Positions 21,778-34,054 of a stretch of 64,000 nucleotides of DNA are shown piece after piece (positions within the stretch are counted from its first letter, which is position 1; every line of letters begins with the position of its first letter). This DNA is from Tubulanus polymorphus (Eukaryota > Animalia > Nemertea). The stretch is taken from contig NC_134026.1 in the NCBI RefSeq assembly GCF_964204645.1, positions 18,820,150 through 18,884,149 on the forward strand. Direction: 5' to 3'. Under the pieces are notes generated by a model. That model was not told where the DNA came from, ran no database searches, and saw only the letters and a program-made list of their open reading frames with translations. A program made the position numbers and the translations under genes.

Positions 21778-22539
21778 TCACTGCTGTGTTTATGGGATGC
21801 ATGGGTATATGTAACTATAGCGTGTGGTCACATGACGAGGTTATGTGAGGTTGTGAATCAGTTGGGCGCTTGACCGAGCATTTTCAAAGTTTCGACTTTC
21901 CCATGTTTTCTCCCGATTTAGTCTCAAAAATGATAAACTACCCCATCAGTTCCAAATGGATTTTTATAAAATTCACAAGACGTGTATAACTCCCAAAATA
22001 TCACAAACGACAACTTTGATCGTTGGAATTTCTGATAGGCCCCTTTGTTCGTCCGAGGGGGGCATTTTACATGTATTCATTTAAGAGTCACAAAAGTAAA
22101 ATTTTGATTTTTGATGTTTCAGTTTGACGTCAACCGTTTGGATCAAATCTGGGATTTAAAAATGAGGTGGTTCGGCTTTAGCTCCCAAATTGTATATAAC
22201 AGTTAAAAGGTTGCACCCGCGCGACTTTTTGTAGCCCTTGTAAATACGCTTTAAATCATGATTGACAATCATTTGACTTCTTAGCTCATCTGGTTCTATG
22301 GTAGTTTCGATGATGATAACACGTCATAAATTGATAATGGTTTTTAGATGAAAACCGAAAATTCGGAGCTTTGAATGAATTTTCGCAGCTTCGCAAGTTG
22401 CTGTTTATCATTTAGTCATTATGTTTTACGGCAAATTCTACCTATTGGGAAAGTCATCATGTTTCCAGACTTTTTCCCAATACTCTTGTCTGAAGGGGTA
22501 GAACGGTTTATCGTCAAGACGTTTCAGTGTTTTGAAAAT

Positions 22540-24100
22540 GAGCGCAAATTATTCGCAACAATGGGGACCTCGAGGGACCACCACAAAATGGCGCCTAGAA
22601 ACTGGAAACTTCTTTATAGCACTGCGAGTTCCCATTGTGGATGCTCGAGAACCACATGTGGCTAGTCTCACGCAGCCACAGGTAGATTGATCAGACGCGT
22701 TCGAATGAAGCAAGGAGCAGGCAATAGCATTCGCAAAGCTGAAAGATATTCGCTAGCTCATTTGATCCGGATTCGAAAATGCAGGTGATAACTGACGCCA
22801 GTCTAGTTGGTTTGGGAGCAGCTCTAGTTCAGAAACAAGGGAATGAATTCCACGTAGTAATGTTTGCGCATTGTTGCTTGTCAGACAATGAACGGCATTA
22901 TTATCAGGCGGAGAAAGAAGCCTTATCCGTCGTATGGGCTAGCGAACGATTTCGTATATATCTAGATGGTACGGAATTTAATTCGAAATTTTGACCGAGC
23001 ACCGGCCACTCGTTTTTAGTATTCGACAAAGTCAAAGCCGTGTGCAAGGCTCGAGCATTTGGTATTTCTGCTGTTGCCGTTTCCCAGCTTACATCGGGAA
23101 TTGATTGCTGAAACCTCGGTTGTCTTTGACGGTGCGACGAGTAATAAAAACGTAGATACTTGCAATTCAGCAATTCTGAGAGGAACGGGAATATAGATGC
23201 CAAAACGACTCCGTATGCGAACCATAGCACTCACATAATATGCGGGACACTAGGGAATAGTCAAATATATGGAGGCCTGGAGCCGATAAATGTACCGAAA
23301 ATCATTGTGGCGCATACCACAGAGATGTCAGTTGGAATCACAATTACCGCCGACTGAACCGCTGAAACCAACCCCGTTGCCGGTGTCCCCGTGGAAAAAT
23401 TGCGCAGTTGATTCTCTAGGAGCTTTGCCATCAGACGAGATAATTTTTTAAATCTTAGATTATTATAGTCAGAGGAAGTTGAAATAATGAGGAGACTAAA
23501 ACGTCGAATTTGATAAACGTTTTGAATCGAATATTACCGAGAGACGGCTATTGCGAAAATTTGAAGGCTGACAATGGTACCCAGTTCATTGCTGAGGAAT
23601 TCGATACTTACCTTCGTGAATGTGTGATCGAACGTCATCCGACAACCTGCGTTAAGGCCGAGAGGGAACGGCGAAATTGAACGAAAAAATCGTTCATTGA
23701 TGACAGTTATCAGAATCGCGCATGCTGAATGAATGAATTGGAGGAGTGAACTCGATAGATTTCTATTGGCGAATGGAGAAATTCCCGACTGGAGAAACTC
23801 AAAATTATTGTTTAATGGTGAAATTAGACGTAAATTCCCTGAATCTAAAAACCGAGATATCATCAATGATCGTTCGTGACCGAGATTCTGAAAATGAAAG
23901 ATTTTAGCTATGAAGCGAGGAGCTTATGTGCGTGATATAAATTGCGGGGTTTATTTTTTGCTGAAACAGGAACGCCAGGAACAAGTTTTCTACAAAATTT
24001 GAGGATACTCCATATAAAGTCGTCGAAAAGTGCGGGGATCACAACGTTATTGAATCGCCTCAGGGTGTCCGTTGTAGGCGAAATATGTCTTACTGATTCT
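22540..24100 (+). mobile_element. Decayed Ty3/Gypsy pol (RT C-terminus, RNase H, integrase)
   Basis: KEQAIAFAKLKD; QVITDASLVGLGAALVQ...ERHYYQAEKEALSVVWASERFRIYLDG (RNase H); PTPLPVSPWKNCAVDSLG..ILDYYS and ADNGTQFIAEEF..NGEIERKNRSL (integrase). The RT-RH-INT order is Gypsy-type. Many stops and frameshifts. Confidence 0.85.
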
Positions 24101-26374
24101 GGCATGTTTCCTAGGATCCTAGTGTTGGAGAGACGTGTTCCGATTAGTTAGCCCAAGTTAGTTAGTCCTGATGAGGTAGGTTTCGATAAACCTCCGCAGA
24201 ACCAACCGCATGTTGATAAAAGCGAGTGTTCAGAATCTTATAGTCGTGATTTCGATTTCTGCGTGATAGCGCGGACTGCGATATGTCGCAGAATAGCGTA
24301 GATCGTGATTGTCCAGATCCGCCGATTGTACCTCCAACATCGATTTCAACGGGCTGTAATGGAGATATTCTTCGTCGAAGCACGAGGGGTTCTAAATTTC
24401 TAAATTGTTTATGTCATAAGTCATCTCCTGAGGAGACCGTACCGATTTGCATAATCCCTCCAGGTGCGGCTCCGGTCGTAGTGACTGGCATCCGTGGAAA
24501 GGATTAGGATGCCTGGAGAGGAGTCTCGTCGATATCCTGTGTTCAAATTCTATGGCTGTGTCCACCGTTGCAAGCTTGGAAGAAAATACCTTTGGACTAG
24601 TAAATGAAGCTGTCCCATGACCTAGCCGAGTGGGAACAGGCGTTTCTCCAATTACGCGGAATGGGAAATCGACTGAGAGGCACCACTGGCAATCGATCTG
24701 ATCTGACATAGGGTGCGAGCCATCAGGCTGCATACTATGGTTGCAAATTTAGGCGACAAAACGTCAAAACGACAAAATGGAAATCTTTTAGAAAACTTTG
24801 GCAAGCTGAAGACAAAAGATACTGCGCCAAGACACTAAAACAACCGTTTTGCATACCATGCAATTTTCATGGCCCGTATCCAAAAGCGGATTCAGAGGCC
24901 AATTTCGAAGGACATGTAACATCCAAAAATGGTATTTTGATGTCGAACAGGTCATTATTATAGTAGTAATCTCGCACTGAGGAACGTCAGTTTTATTTTA
25001 GGGTCGAATTCAAGGAGTTTGATTAATCATCATATCATTAGTAGAGACAAGTGTTTTAGGTCCAAAAGGGCACTAAGATGTCGAAAAATGCAAAATCATA
25101 AATTATGTGTACTCCCGCATTTTTTGAACTCGTCATATTCCAAAAGGCAACTGCGCTCCCGCACTGAAATTCCTTCGTTGACAAAAGGAGAAAGGGCACT
25201 TGGATCTGCCCCTGCCGTATTAGCCACCATTTTAGGGTACAGTCGAAGATTTACCGTGGAGAGGTGAAAAGCTATTTCCATTTGAATCATGTGTTTAGAC
25301 AATTCTCGGTTAGTATTTGGCCTAGGATTAAGGCATCTAGTTACAACTCAGCTCAAGTCAAGCTAACCAGAAAACACTGTGGAAAGAAGCCCGAAAGTTA
25401 AATTTTTGTCTAAACCAATTACCACTCACTCAAGAGGAATTCGAAAGAGGAAAATAGTTTTGGAGTTTCCAAATGTACTGGTTACGCGTTTAAAGATTAA
25501 TTTGGGTTTACAGATAACATGTTGATGTTTGACGTTGAAAATGAAATATTGATGAGACGACTGTATGACCAACAACATCTTCTGTATTGTGGATTGTTCT
25601 GTGTCTATTGATTTACATAATCATTTCAATCCGTAAGCACTATTGGCCAATGATCCCATTGTTTTTCTAATTTGATTAATGGCAGGTAGCCCACCCATGG
25701 TTAACTATTTCGAATCGTCGTGGATCTACCGTCTTTATACAAATAGGCCTTTTTTGTAACTTTTTTTTGACGCCTTATAAAACGTTACCATTATGAAACC
25801 TAAACAATGATAACCATTCAGCGTCATTTTACAAACGACAACCGTAAATCGATGTGCAAAACGTCACAGGTTTATGTGTACACATACAAGCTATTTGGCA
25901 AAATATTATTGATAAAGATGTAGAATGGCTCCCTGGGATTATATAATGACCTCTATTTGAACGTCGAAATGTTATATCGCATCGAATATCATGAGAAGAC
26001 GTATTGTAATAGTAAAGGATGTATGATTATATCAGGGGCGGCAGGGATAAATAGAAATGATAAGTAAATCGGATTATTCGGTTAAATGGCGGATGTATAC
26101 ACGATTTGGAAGTCTGATATAAAAGTCAGACCCTGACATGGGGATGCTAGTGGAATGACGAAGCTATCTACGATCTGAGTTGGGCCGGCGTGAATTTCAT
26201 CGGCGGCTACAAGCGGTCTATATACAAACGTGTAAACATATAATTTCAATATTCAAATGTTTTAGAAAATATGTTCGATATTAGACGTATGCAGGTTTCA
26301 TGAGATTAGCAATTTATAATAGCATAGCTGTCATATACGGCTCCGCGTCCACTGATGGCATGTGTATAAGGTGA

Positions 26375-26700
26375 CAATTCAATTCAATACTTTATTGATC
26401 CTTATTACATTGAAATTCCGGGATAAAATTCCAAAAATCAATAAATTTACAAATTTTGAAATAATAAAATACAAGACACCGGGTAATTCATACAGAATAA
26501 CATGAATAAGTTAATTATATGACAATGTCTACTTTAACCCAGACTCAAGTCTAGGATATCAAGTGACAGCCAGACCGGGCCCCAGGACCGGGCTGGCTGG
26601 CTACACGATATGCTCGAAGTCACGATGAAGCAGACATCAGAAGAGCTCTTTCTTCAACCATGGAGGCAATGAAGTTGCAGACCAGCTTAGAGGCAAAAGT
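26375..26700 (-). mobile_element. Possible LINE 3' end
   Basis: Minus-strand AATAAA followed by (TTGAA)n at 26375-26396. Coding similarity is not demonstrable by eye. Confidence 0.3.
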
Positions 26701-27424
26701 GAATCGAATTCACAAGTTGACAATTTTTTTTTTAATTAGACCAGTCGAAGACTGTATCATCTACCCAATCGCCAAATCTCATAATTCCCAAAATTTCTTA
26801 AAACTTCGATTTCAAATTTGCAATTCCACATTAGCTTATACCAGAAATTCTACATTTTTTCGCAGGCGTCAAATAATTTATTAAAGTTAATTTTCTTGTT
26901 AACTTCTAGGAAGGGATAAGATGTTTAAAATGTTTTTTTTTTGTTTCACTTCAAACATTTCCGTCGGTGGATCCGTAATCGAGGTAATAAGAAAACAGAT
27001 TTTAACAACTAGACATCATCCTGGTAGCGATTCGAACCTGGAAGGCTATCGGCCTAATTATAGTCTGCCAGGATGCAATTTTCTGCACTCCTAGTCCTGG
27101 CTCCTTGCACTATAGGGTGCATGAATGCATAAACCAATCGGCCAGGATCGCCCCAGGATCCGAAAGCGGTTGTGCCGAATTGATGGACGAAGCGATTTCA
27201 CGGAGCTGTCCATTTAAAAGAGGGAAAGCTTCGACTGAACACTACACGATCCATCGAAATCGAATCCGACGAAAGCCCGGGCACCCACATAAACGTGATC
27301 CAAAAGTAAAGTATTCTTCATAATACATGGAGTCCTGGCTGGTGTTAGGATATATGTAATGCACGTGTTCTATTTTTCCTTTTTAATATTCAATTAAAAC
27401 TATGAATGACCTTCTAAAAGATAA

Positions 27425-27872
27425 TATGGTTCCTGATTTGGGGCCATGTAAAAAAATTACAAACGTCGCAAATTTTTTTTACAAACTTCTCAAAGTTCGT
27501 TTTATCGTGCGATAAAACGAACTCCTTCGTTTTAGTGCCACGTTAAAACCAAAGATTCGTGGCGCGATAAAAAGAAAGTTACCGTGATGAAACGAGAAAA
27601 AGTCGTTTTATCGCTGGATAAAACGAAATTTTTCCTAGGCTGAACAATGGTGGCTGATTCGGGCCATGTAAAAAAAGTTACCGCTTGATAAAACGACTTC
27701 TTTGTTTCATCGCGCGATAAAATGACTTTTTTCTCGTTTTATCGTGGCAACTTCACGTTTTAATGTGGTAATTTTCGTTTTATCGCGCGATAAAATGAAC
27801 TTTTGGGCGTTTTTAGAAAAAATCTGAGACGTTTGTAAATTTTTTTTTGCATGGCCCGAATTAAGCCACCAT
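27425..27872. mobile_element. MITE with internal partial duplication
   Basis: TIRs TATGGTTCCTGATTTGGGGCCATGTAAAAAAATTACAAACGTC / GACGTTTGTAAATTTTTTTTTGCATGGCCCGAATTAAGCCACCATA. A second left end at ~27647 and repeated CGTTTTATCGCGCGATAAAACG palindromes. Confidence 0.7.
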
Positions 27873-28380
27873 ACTGAACACTAGATAAATTACCATATAT
27901 TTCTGACATCAATGAACTCTCATAGAAGTGTAAGCGAACTGCTTCTATGTTCAAACATATATAATTACGTATATTTGTGTCAAGTTCTTCATTCGTTGTC
28001 TCTAAAACCGGTCGATATAATGGGGCGCTTGCCTCATGACATTTTACAGATCACATGATAATCAATAGATTAAAGCTTTCCAGTTTGCACTTCATTTCAA
28101 CAGCTGTACTGTTATCGACAACAACGAAACAGCAGAGGATCAATTACGAAGGTACTTACACTAACACATGATGACAAATATATATATGACAAGTCTATAT
28201 CAACTGTAACGAATCTTTCATACTTGTTAGAGAATTATTTGATTTATACAAGTGTATTTTCGAGAGTTTGTTCGTGAATAGCTACCGTTGCCGCTTTTCT
28301 GACATGTTCAGTCCCATAGAAAACTGATTAGCAAAGATGTTTACATTTTTCATATTTCGTGGTGATTCAATATATTCCAG

Positions 28381-29835
28381 ATGAAATTGTTGTTTTTAAT
28401 CGCCATCGCGGCGTCACTCGCGCAGGCGTGTTCGGCGAAACCACCGAATATCGTCTTCATCGTTGCAGACGACCTGGGGTGGAATGACGTCAGCTGGCAC
28501 AATCCCGACATGAAGACTCCAAATCTTGAAGGTTTAGCGAGAAATGGAATCATCCTTAACCAATCGTACGTTCAGCAGGTGTGTTCTCCGTCGCGGAGCG
28601 CCTGGTTAAGCGGTTATTATCCTTATCACACCGGTCTACAGCACGGGGTCATACGGCCTTACGCCGCTTATGGACTTCCGTTGAATATCACGACATTGCC
28701 TGAGAAGTTGAAGCAGGCTGGCTACCGCACACACATAGTCGGCAAATGGCATCAAGGATTCTGCAACTGGAGATATACCCCGACATATCGCGGTTTCGAT
28801 TCTTTCATGGGATTTTATGTCGGTTCTGAAGATTATTACACCCATACCAGGATGAATGGTCTGGATTTCAGATTCAACGAGAAACCGCTGCGAACGTTCA
28901 ATGGCACTCATAGTTGTTACGTATTTACTCAAAGGGCGCGTGACATTATCAAAACTCACAAACAAGAAGAAGGTCCGTTGTTTTTGTACTTACCTTTCCA
29001 GAACGTCCACAGTCCTCTCCAAGTCCCAACACAGTACGAAGACCTTTATCAAAACATTCGAAATCAACCACGTCGAATTTATTCGGGGATGGTCTCAATG
29101 CTCGACGAAGCCATTGGAAATGTAACTTCTGCTTTGAAAGAAAGTGGAATGTACGAAAATACTATCGTAATCTTCACTACCGATAACGGCGGTCAACCGG
29201 CTAGCGCAGGCAATAACTGGCCACTTCGTGGTGCCAAAGCCACATTATGGGAGGGTGGAACGCGAGGTGCGGCATTCATCCATAGTCCGTTGTTAAAAAA
29301 GTCTGGCTACGTTTATGACGGTATGATACATGCGGTCGACTGGTTCCCGAGTATTCTTTCTATGGCATCTGTTCAAACTGATGATGATATAGATGGCGTG
29401 GACGTTTGGTCTAACGTTATCAACAACATGGATTCGCCGAGGAACACATTCGTTTACAACATCGATGAAATTTCGAAAAAAGGCGCCATTCGCGATGGTA
29501 ATTTCAAACTCATAGTGGGAAATCCTGGCTCTAAAGATGGCTGGTACCCCGTACCGAAACTTAGTTCTGACGGTATACCGACACACAACGTACACAGAAG
29601 GGAAGATAATCTTATTTTTCGGAGCTGGCCATTCGATCAGGTGAAACTGTTTAATTTGAGCAATGATCCGACTGAACACTACGATCTATCGAAATCAAAA
29701 CCGATGGTAGTCGAGAAAATGCTCCAAACGTTTCAAAATCACTTGAAAAGTTTGGTACCGGCAAAACTAAATAAGCGGGATCCAAAATCTAATCCAAAGT
29801 TCTACAATGGCACTTGGAGCCCAGGCTGGTGTTAA
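28381..29835 (+). CDS. ARSB: Secreted/lysosomal arylsulfatase B/I/J-like sulfatase (formylglycine-dependent), 484 aa, single coding exon
   Basis: Signal peptide MKLLFLIAIAASLAQA; PNIVFIVADDLG; FGly signature CSPSR; YRTHIVGKWH; PLFLYLPFQNVHSP; FTTDNGG; NNWPLRGAKATLWEGG; DWFP; LFNLSNDPTE; C-terminal WSPGWC. AATAAA at ~29964. Orthology to ARSB versus ARSI/J is not resolved. Confidence 0.95.
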   Translation: MKLLFLIAIAASLAQACSAKPPNIVFIVADDLGWNDVSWHNPDMKTPNLEGLARNGIILNQSYVQQVCSPSRSAWLSGYYPYHTGLQHGVIRPYAAYGLPLNITTLPEKLKQAGYRTHIVGKWHQGFCNWRYTPTYRGFDSFMGFYVGSEDYYTHTRMNGLDFRFNEKPLRTFNGTHSCYVFTQRARDIIKTHKQEEGPLFLYLPFQNVHSPLQVPTQYEDLYQNIRNQPRRIYSGMVSMLDEAIGNVTSALKESGMYENTIVIFTTDNGGQPASAGNNWPLRGAKATLWEGGTRGAAFIHSPLLKKSGYVYDGMIHAVDWFPSILSMASVQTDDDIDGVDVWSNVINNMDSPRNTFVYNIDEISKKGAIRDGNFKLIVGNPGSKDGWYPVPKLSSDGIPTHNVHRREDNLIFRSWPFDQVKLFNLSNDPTEHYDLSKSKPMVVEKMLQTFQNHLKSLVPAKLNKRDPKSNPKFYNGTWSPGWC

Positions 29836-30049
29836 CAGTTGAATTAAGTTAAGCTGGATAGTTAAGCTGGATTTAAATTTTCGAAATTTGAGCGCAAAAG
29901 AGGTAAAAGGTCAATGAATTATGAAACCTTGACAGTCTTATGATAAGTTCAAAAAACTAGAACAATAAATATATGTAGGCCTATATGTACAAAATCACAG
30001 TAGTTTACTTTCTGTTATCTTGTTCACCCACTAAATTTTCATGATGTTA

Positions 30050-30330
30050 TTTTTTTGGGATCTGAAAATAGGAATTGACAGTTATTCATTTGATTGGTAA
30101 ATTCGATTTGATTTGATTTGGTGTCTCTTACAAATCCACCACACCTGCCGGGAGCGAAACAGGGGTTTGATTTTGAAATCGGAAATCGAAGTACAGATAT
30201 ACATTTATATAGTTGTGTGATCGACGGTAGGATTAACAGACTTTTACGTATTAATCGAAGTATATAATTGGAAATTTCGGCTCCGGCTCATTCAAACAAC
30301 ATTCCGACCAGTCTAAACCGGCAAATGACT
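30050..30330 (+). repeat. Unclassified interspersed repeat (other copies ~39960-40570 and ~62150-62790, opposite strand)
   Basis: Shared block CCACACCTGCCGGGAGCGAAACAGGGGTTTGATTTTGAAATCGGAAATCG, present as reverse complements at ~40100-40165 and ~62640-62695. Confidence 0.65.
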
Positions 30331-30577
30331 CATTCTGGTGTCAAGAGTTTACACGACTAGTGTCTATTGTGGCGTATGTCGCACAAAATGGCACATATGA
30401 TACTCCAACTAACAGAACTGACCGCGGGAGCACACCGAGCCGTTCACTAATTGACGTGGAAAAATCGAGATCGATAATATCATATCAAAAACATGTGGTA
30501 CTCGAATGTAGGTAAAAATGTCCCGGAAAATATGCCCCGGAAAAAAGTCCCACGTGTAAATTGCACACTAACCATAA

Positions 30578-32136
30578 AACTAGGGGTGCACGGACACCAT
30601 GCCCACTTGGGAAGTGGTTTCAAATGCTCAACATTCTAACAGTTTCAGCATTCAACGCCCCTTGGTGACTATATACAAAACCCAATGACCTTAAAATTCA
30701 CCACAATGATAGAATATGTCAAGAGCTACAACTTTGCTATTGATTGTGGTTACGAAATATGCATAGGTACCAATATTTTATGGAAATACTAAGTTATCTT
30801 ACTATTCAATGCCCCCTGGTGACCATATGCAAAAAACAATTACCTTGAAACTTACCACACATAGAACATGTTATGAGCTACAACTTCGCAATTGATTGTG
30901 GTAACAAAATATACCTAGGTACCAATATAGTATGGAAATACTAAGTTATTCTACTATTCAACGCCCCCTGGTAACCATATACTGAAAGCAATTACCTTAA
31001 AACTCACCACAATCATAGAATATGCCATGAGCTACAAGTTTGCAATTGATTTTAATTAGAAAATATGCATAGGTACCAAAATATTATGGAAATACTAAGT
31101 GATCCTACTATTCAACGCCCCCTGGTGACAAAATCCAATGACCTTATAACTCCCCACAATCATAAGATATGTCAAGAGCTACAACTTTGCAATTGATCGT
31201 GAAAATATGCATAGATACCAATACAATATGGAAAAACTAATTGATTGTAAAATTCAACGCCCCCTGGTTACCGTATACAAAAACCAATGACCTTGAAACT
31301 CACCAAATTCATAGAAAATGCAATGAACTACAAGTCTGCAATTGATTGTAGTTACAAAATATGCAGATACCATTATAAGCAGACAAATTGCATATCATTC
31401 AATATCTAACTCCCCCTGGTGGCAAGAACAAAGAATTGGGTGATCCCAAATTCCATATGAGGAGATTTTATCCTATGACTGTGCTAATAATGGTCGATTA
31501 TGATGGCTATAAGACTTCAAACCTACGGCTATTTTCCTCAAAAAAACTTTTTTCCACCTATGAATGAATACTGATGACACTAAGATGGCCGCCAATTGCG
31601 TGATAATTGGCTGATCGAAAATACCTGCCACATGCATCAAAGATCCCTTTACATAGAATACCCACCACAAATTACAATGGAAAATGCCAAACCATTAGGA
31701 AGCTACAGGACTCAGTTCAGGACAAAATAGACGTTTTTGGACACAAAAAAAGGTCACAGGACGGCCATCTTGAGTCCGATCGCCCCATTCTTTCTCATGC
31801 TGATGGGCCCTTAGGGGATACAAAAATATGTGAACGAGCAGGGCAATTGATTAAAGCGTCTTCAAAATTTCCCTCGAAAACTTCAAAAATGTGTAAAAAG
31901 TGCTGATTTTGGCGAACAACAATGGCTGCCAGTCGGCCATCTTGAATCTGACTGGGCCAATTTTCGGGCTGAGGATGTGTCTCGGGTAGATACATGTACA
32001 TCAAATATCAAGACATTACCTTGCAGCGTCTTCAAAACTTCACAGAATAACTGGATTCCGTCTACGGACGGACGGAGGACGGACGGAAAGTGAACGCAAT
32101 AGCCCGCTGGGATTTAAGTCCAAAGTGGGCTAAAAA
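30578..32136 (-). mobile_element. Complete HINE/DINE-like element, family A
   Basis: Both termini present: the 5' hairpin at ~32100-32136 and the 3' end reading GGGCATGGTGTCCGTGCACCCCTAGTT on the minus strand, ending at 30578. (GGAC)n microsatellite, ~650-bp core, ~5 tandem units of 142-154 bp. Confidence 0.85.
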
Positions 32137-32559
32137 GAATTCAGTGAGTGACCATGTGAATTATAGGCCTAGAATTTTGGAATTAATTAATTTTGCCTAT
32201 TGAGAACCTGTGAACTCATTACATGACACGTCAAATTCAAGAAGATTTTATAATTGAATTAAATGCGCAGTTGCTAAATTACATATCATTAATGGAGAAA
32301 TTTATGAAAAGTTATTAAGTAAATACACAGTTACTTCAAATAATACGTCAAATTTAAGAAGATTTTAAAGGCTGCATATGTAATTCTACGTATCTATGGG
32401 TTCTAGACACTAGATAGTTCATAGAACATGTACTTGTTTCTAGTGTCAGTCATTTATTTGGATATCCTAAGTACAGGTCAAAATTATTGCGCGCGTACGT
32501 TTTTACGTTTTCTTAAACATGTATAACTATGCATTCTTGGAATGAAACACGAGCAGCAC

Positions 32560-32672
32560 GGTATGCGGTAAAAATGTCCCGGGAAAAATGTACCGGAAAA
32601 TATGTCCCTGGAAAATATGTCCCCGGAAAAAAATGTCCCAGGGAAAAAATGTCCCCGGAAAAAAATGTCCCA
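32560..32672 (+). repeat. ~15-bp tandem repeat (GGAAAAAATGTCCCC)n, probable subterminal repeat of a DNA transposon
   Basis: ~6 units. Related arrays at ~30503-30551, ~38478-38600 (reverse) and ~56808-56862 share a GAAT(G/C)(T/C)AGGTAA-like terminus. Confidence 0.6.
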
Positions 32673-33485
32673 GTCTATGATTACTAACTTAATTAATATA
32701 GTTAATTTCACATCATAATAACACCAGACAACAAACTTGGCAATACATTTTAATTACAATTTTAACATTTGATAACAAATAATGGTTCTACTTTGATTTA
32801 ATTATTCGTATTATAAATTTAAAGAAAACTATATAGAAAATTTCTGCCGAGAAGAATGTTCACATAGATAGTTTCCAGTTTCAAAGGGGTAGTACACGCG
32901 ATGCAACGAGAAGTATAAACCCGTGAAAAGTGATAATCACGCGAATAATTAAAGGGTTCTCTGCCGAATGGTCAAAATTAAGAAAATAACTATTCTTACT
33001 AATTTCCCAATTTTGTGAGACCAAGTTTCCCTCCCCAATATTATATATACATGATACATGATGATATACCAAGAAGCATTCTTCATCGCTAGAGAATTTT
33101 TCTCGATTGAATGGTTACGTTGTTAGGAAATTTACCTAAATCACCATAGATAATGATGAAATTGCGGTAACTGTACTTGGTATATAGTATGTACAGTCTG
33201 CTCAATTATTCAAGTTTGTACCCAAATTTCACATCCTTTTGTTAAGATGAGTAATGCACATTTATTAAAGTGTATCAGTCTGTTCCTTTCAAAACCACTA
33301 GAGCCATGTATATCTCTAGTTTTTTGAGAACGACCTGTCCCGATGAAAGATGATATCCCGATAGCAATACTTCACATTTTTCCACCACAAAAACAATCTT
33401 CAGGAGTGTTACGCATTCTCACTTTGAATCTAGCGTATACTTAAGATATAGCAATGGCACCCATAAAGGGATAGTAAGAAATTAA

Positions 33486-33888
33486 AGGCGAATTTATCTT
33501 GTCAAATCAGATTTGATTTTCCTAATTATAATTTGGTAGTCACGTGTAATCTAATCAAATAAGATTTGCACAACAAGATGAATTTGACGCCTTGTTCCAG
33601 ACGGCTGACAAGAAAATACTGTCCCACTTTTTAAAATATTATTTCCTATGAACGAGTTTCAGGTTTCTCTTTCAGTTTTGACATTTGTATTAGTTTTTCG
33701 AAATAAATTAGTGAGTCTATACCATCTTCAAATCCTATCAAATCACCTCCGGGGGTGAATTGATGATTTGACAAGTCGATCTGAATTTGATGCCGTGTTA
33801 AATTAAAAAATTAGACCAAATCAAATTTGATTATGACGAAAACAATTTTACTTAAAATCAAATTTGATTTGACATGATAAATTCGCCT
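33486..33888. mobile_element. MITE, PIF/Harbinger-like
   Basis: ~35-bp TIR AGGCGAATTTATCTTGTCAAATCAGATTTGATTTT / AAAATCAAATTTGATTTGACATGATAAATTCGCCT, TAA on both flanks. Confidence 0.75.
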
Positions 33889-33892
33889 TAAA

Positions 33893-34054
33893 CCAGGGGC
33901 AAGTTGGTTAAAGGTAACCGGTGGTTTTATACCATAGTAACAATGAACTTTCACTACTGTCACTACGTCAACTTTCCACTGGTTAACTCTAACCAACGTT
34001 TGAACATGGACGTATAAACTAGATTAAACGTCCATGGTTTGACCAACTGGCCCC
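33893..34054. mobile_element. Small MITE (second copy at ~44449-44570)
   Basis: GGGGC..GTTGGTTAA / CAACTGGCCCC ends. The internal TAGTAACAATG..CCACTGGTTAACTCTAACCAAC is shared with 44449-44570. Confidence 0.6.

Noticed and set aside
24390-24740. Possible DIRS tyrosine-recombinase fragment (minus-strand CSHSARSW..KGI..QAC)
   Set aside because: Only a short degenerate motif with stops; needs an HMM search to support.
27017-27075. Short CATCCTGG...CCAGGATG element with a B-box-like motif, possibly a fourth tRNA-arm TIR copy
   Set aside because: No 9-bp TSD and too diverged to assign.
28636-29679. Antisense and alternate-frame ORFs
   Set aside because: Shadows of the sulfatase CDS.
30650-31420. 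Regularly spaced repeats resembling a CRISPR array
   Set aside because: Whole 154-bp units are homologous with no unique spacers, no cas genes are present and the context is eukaryotic.
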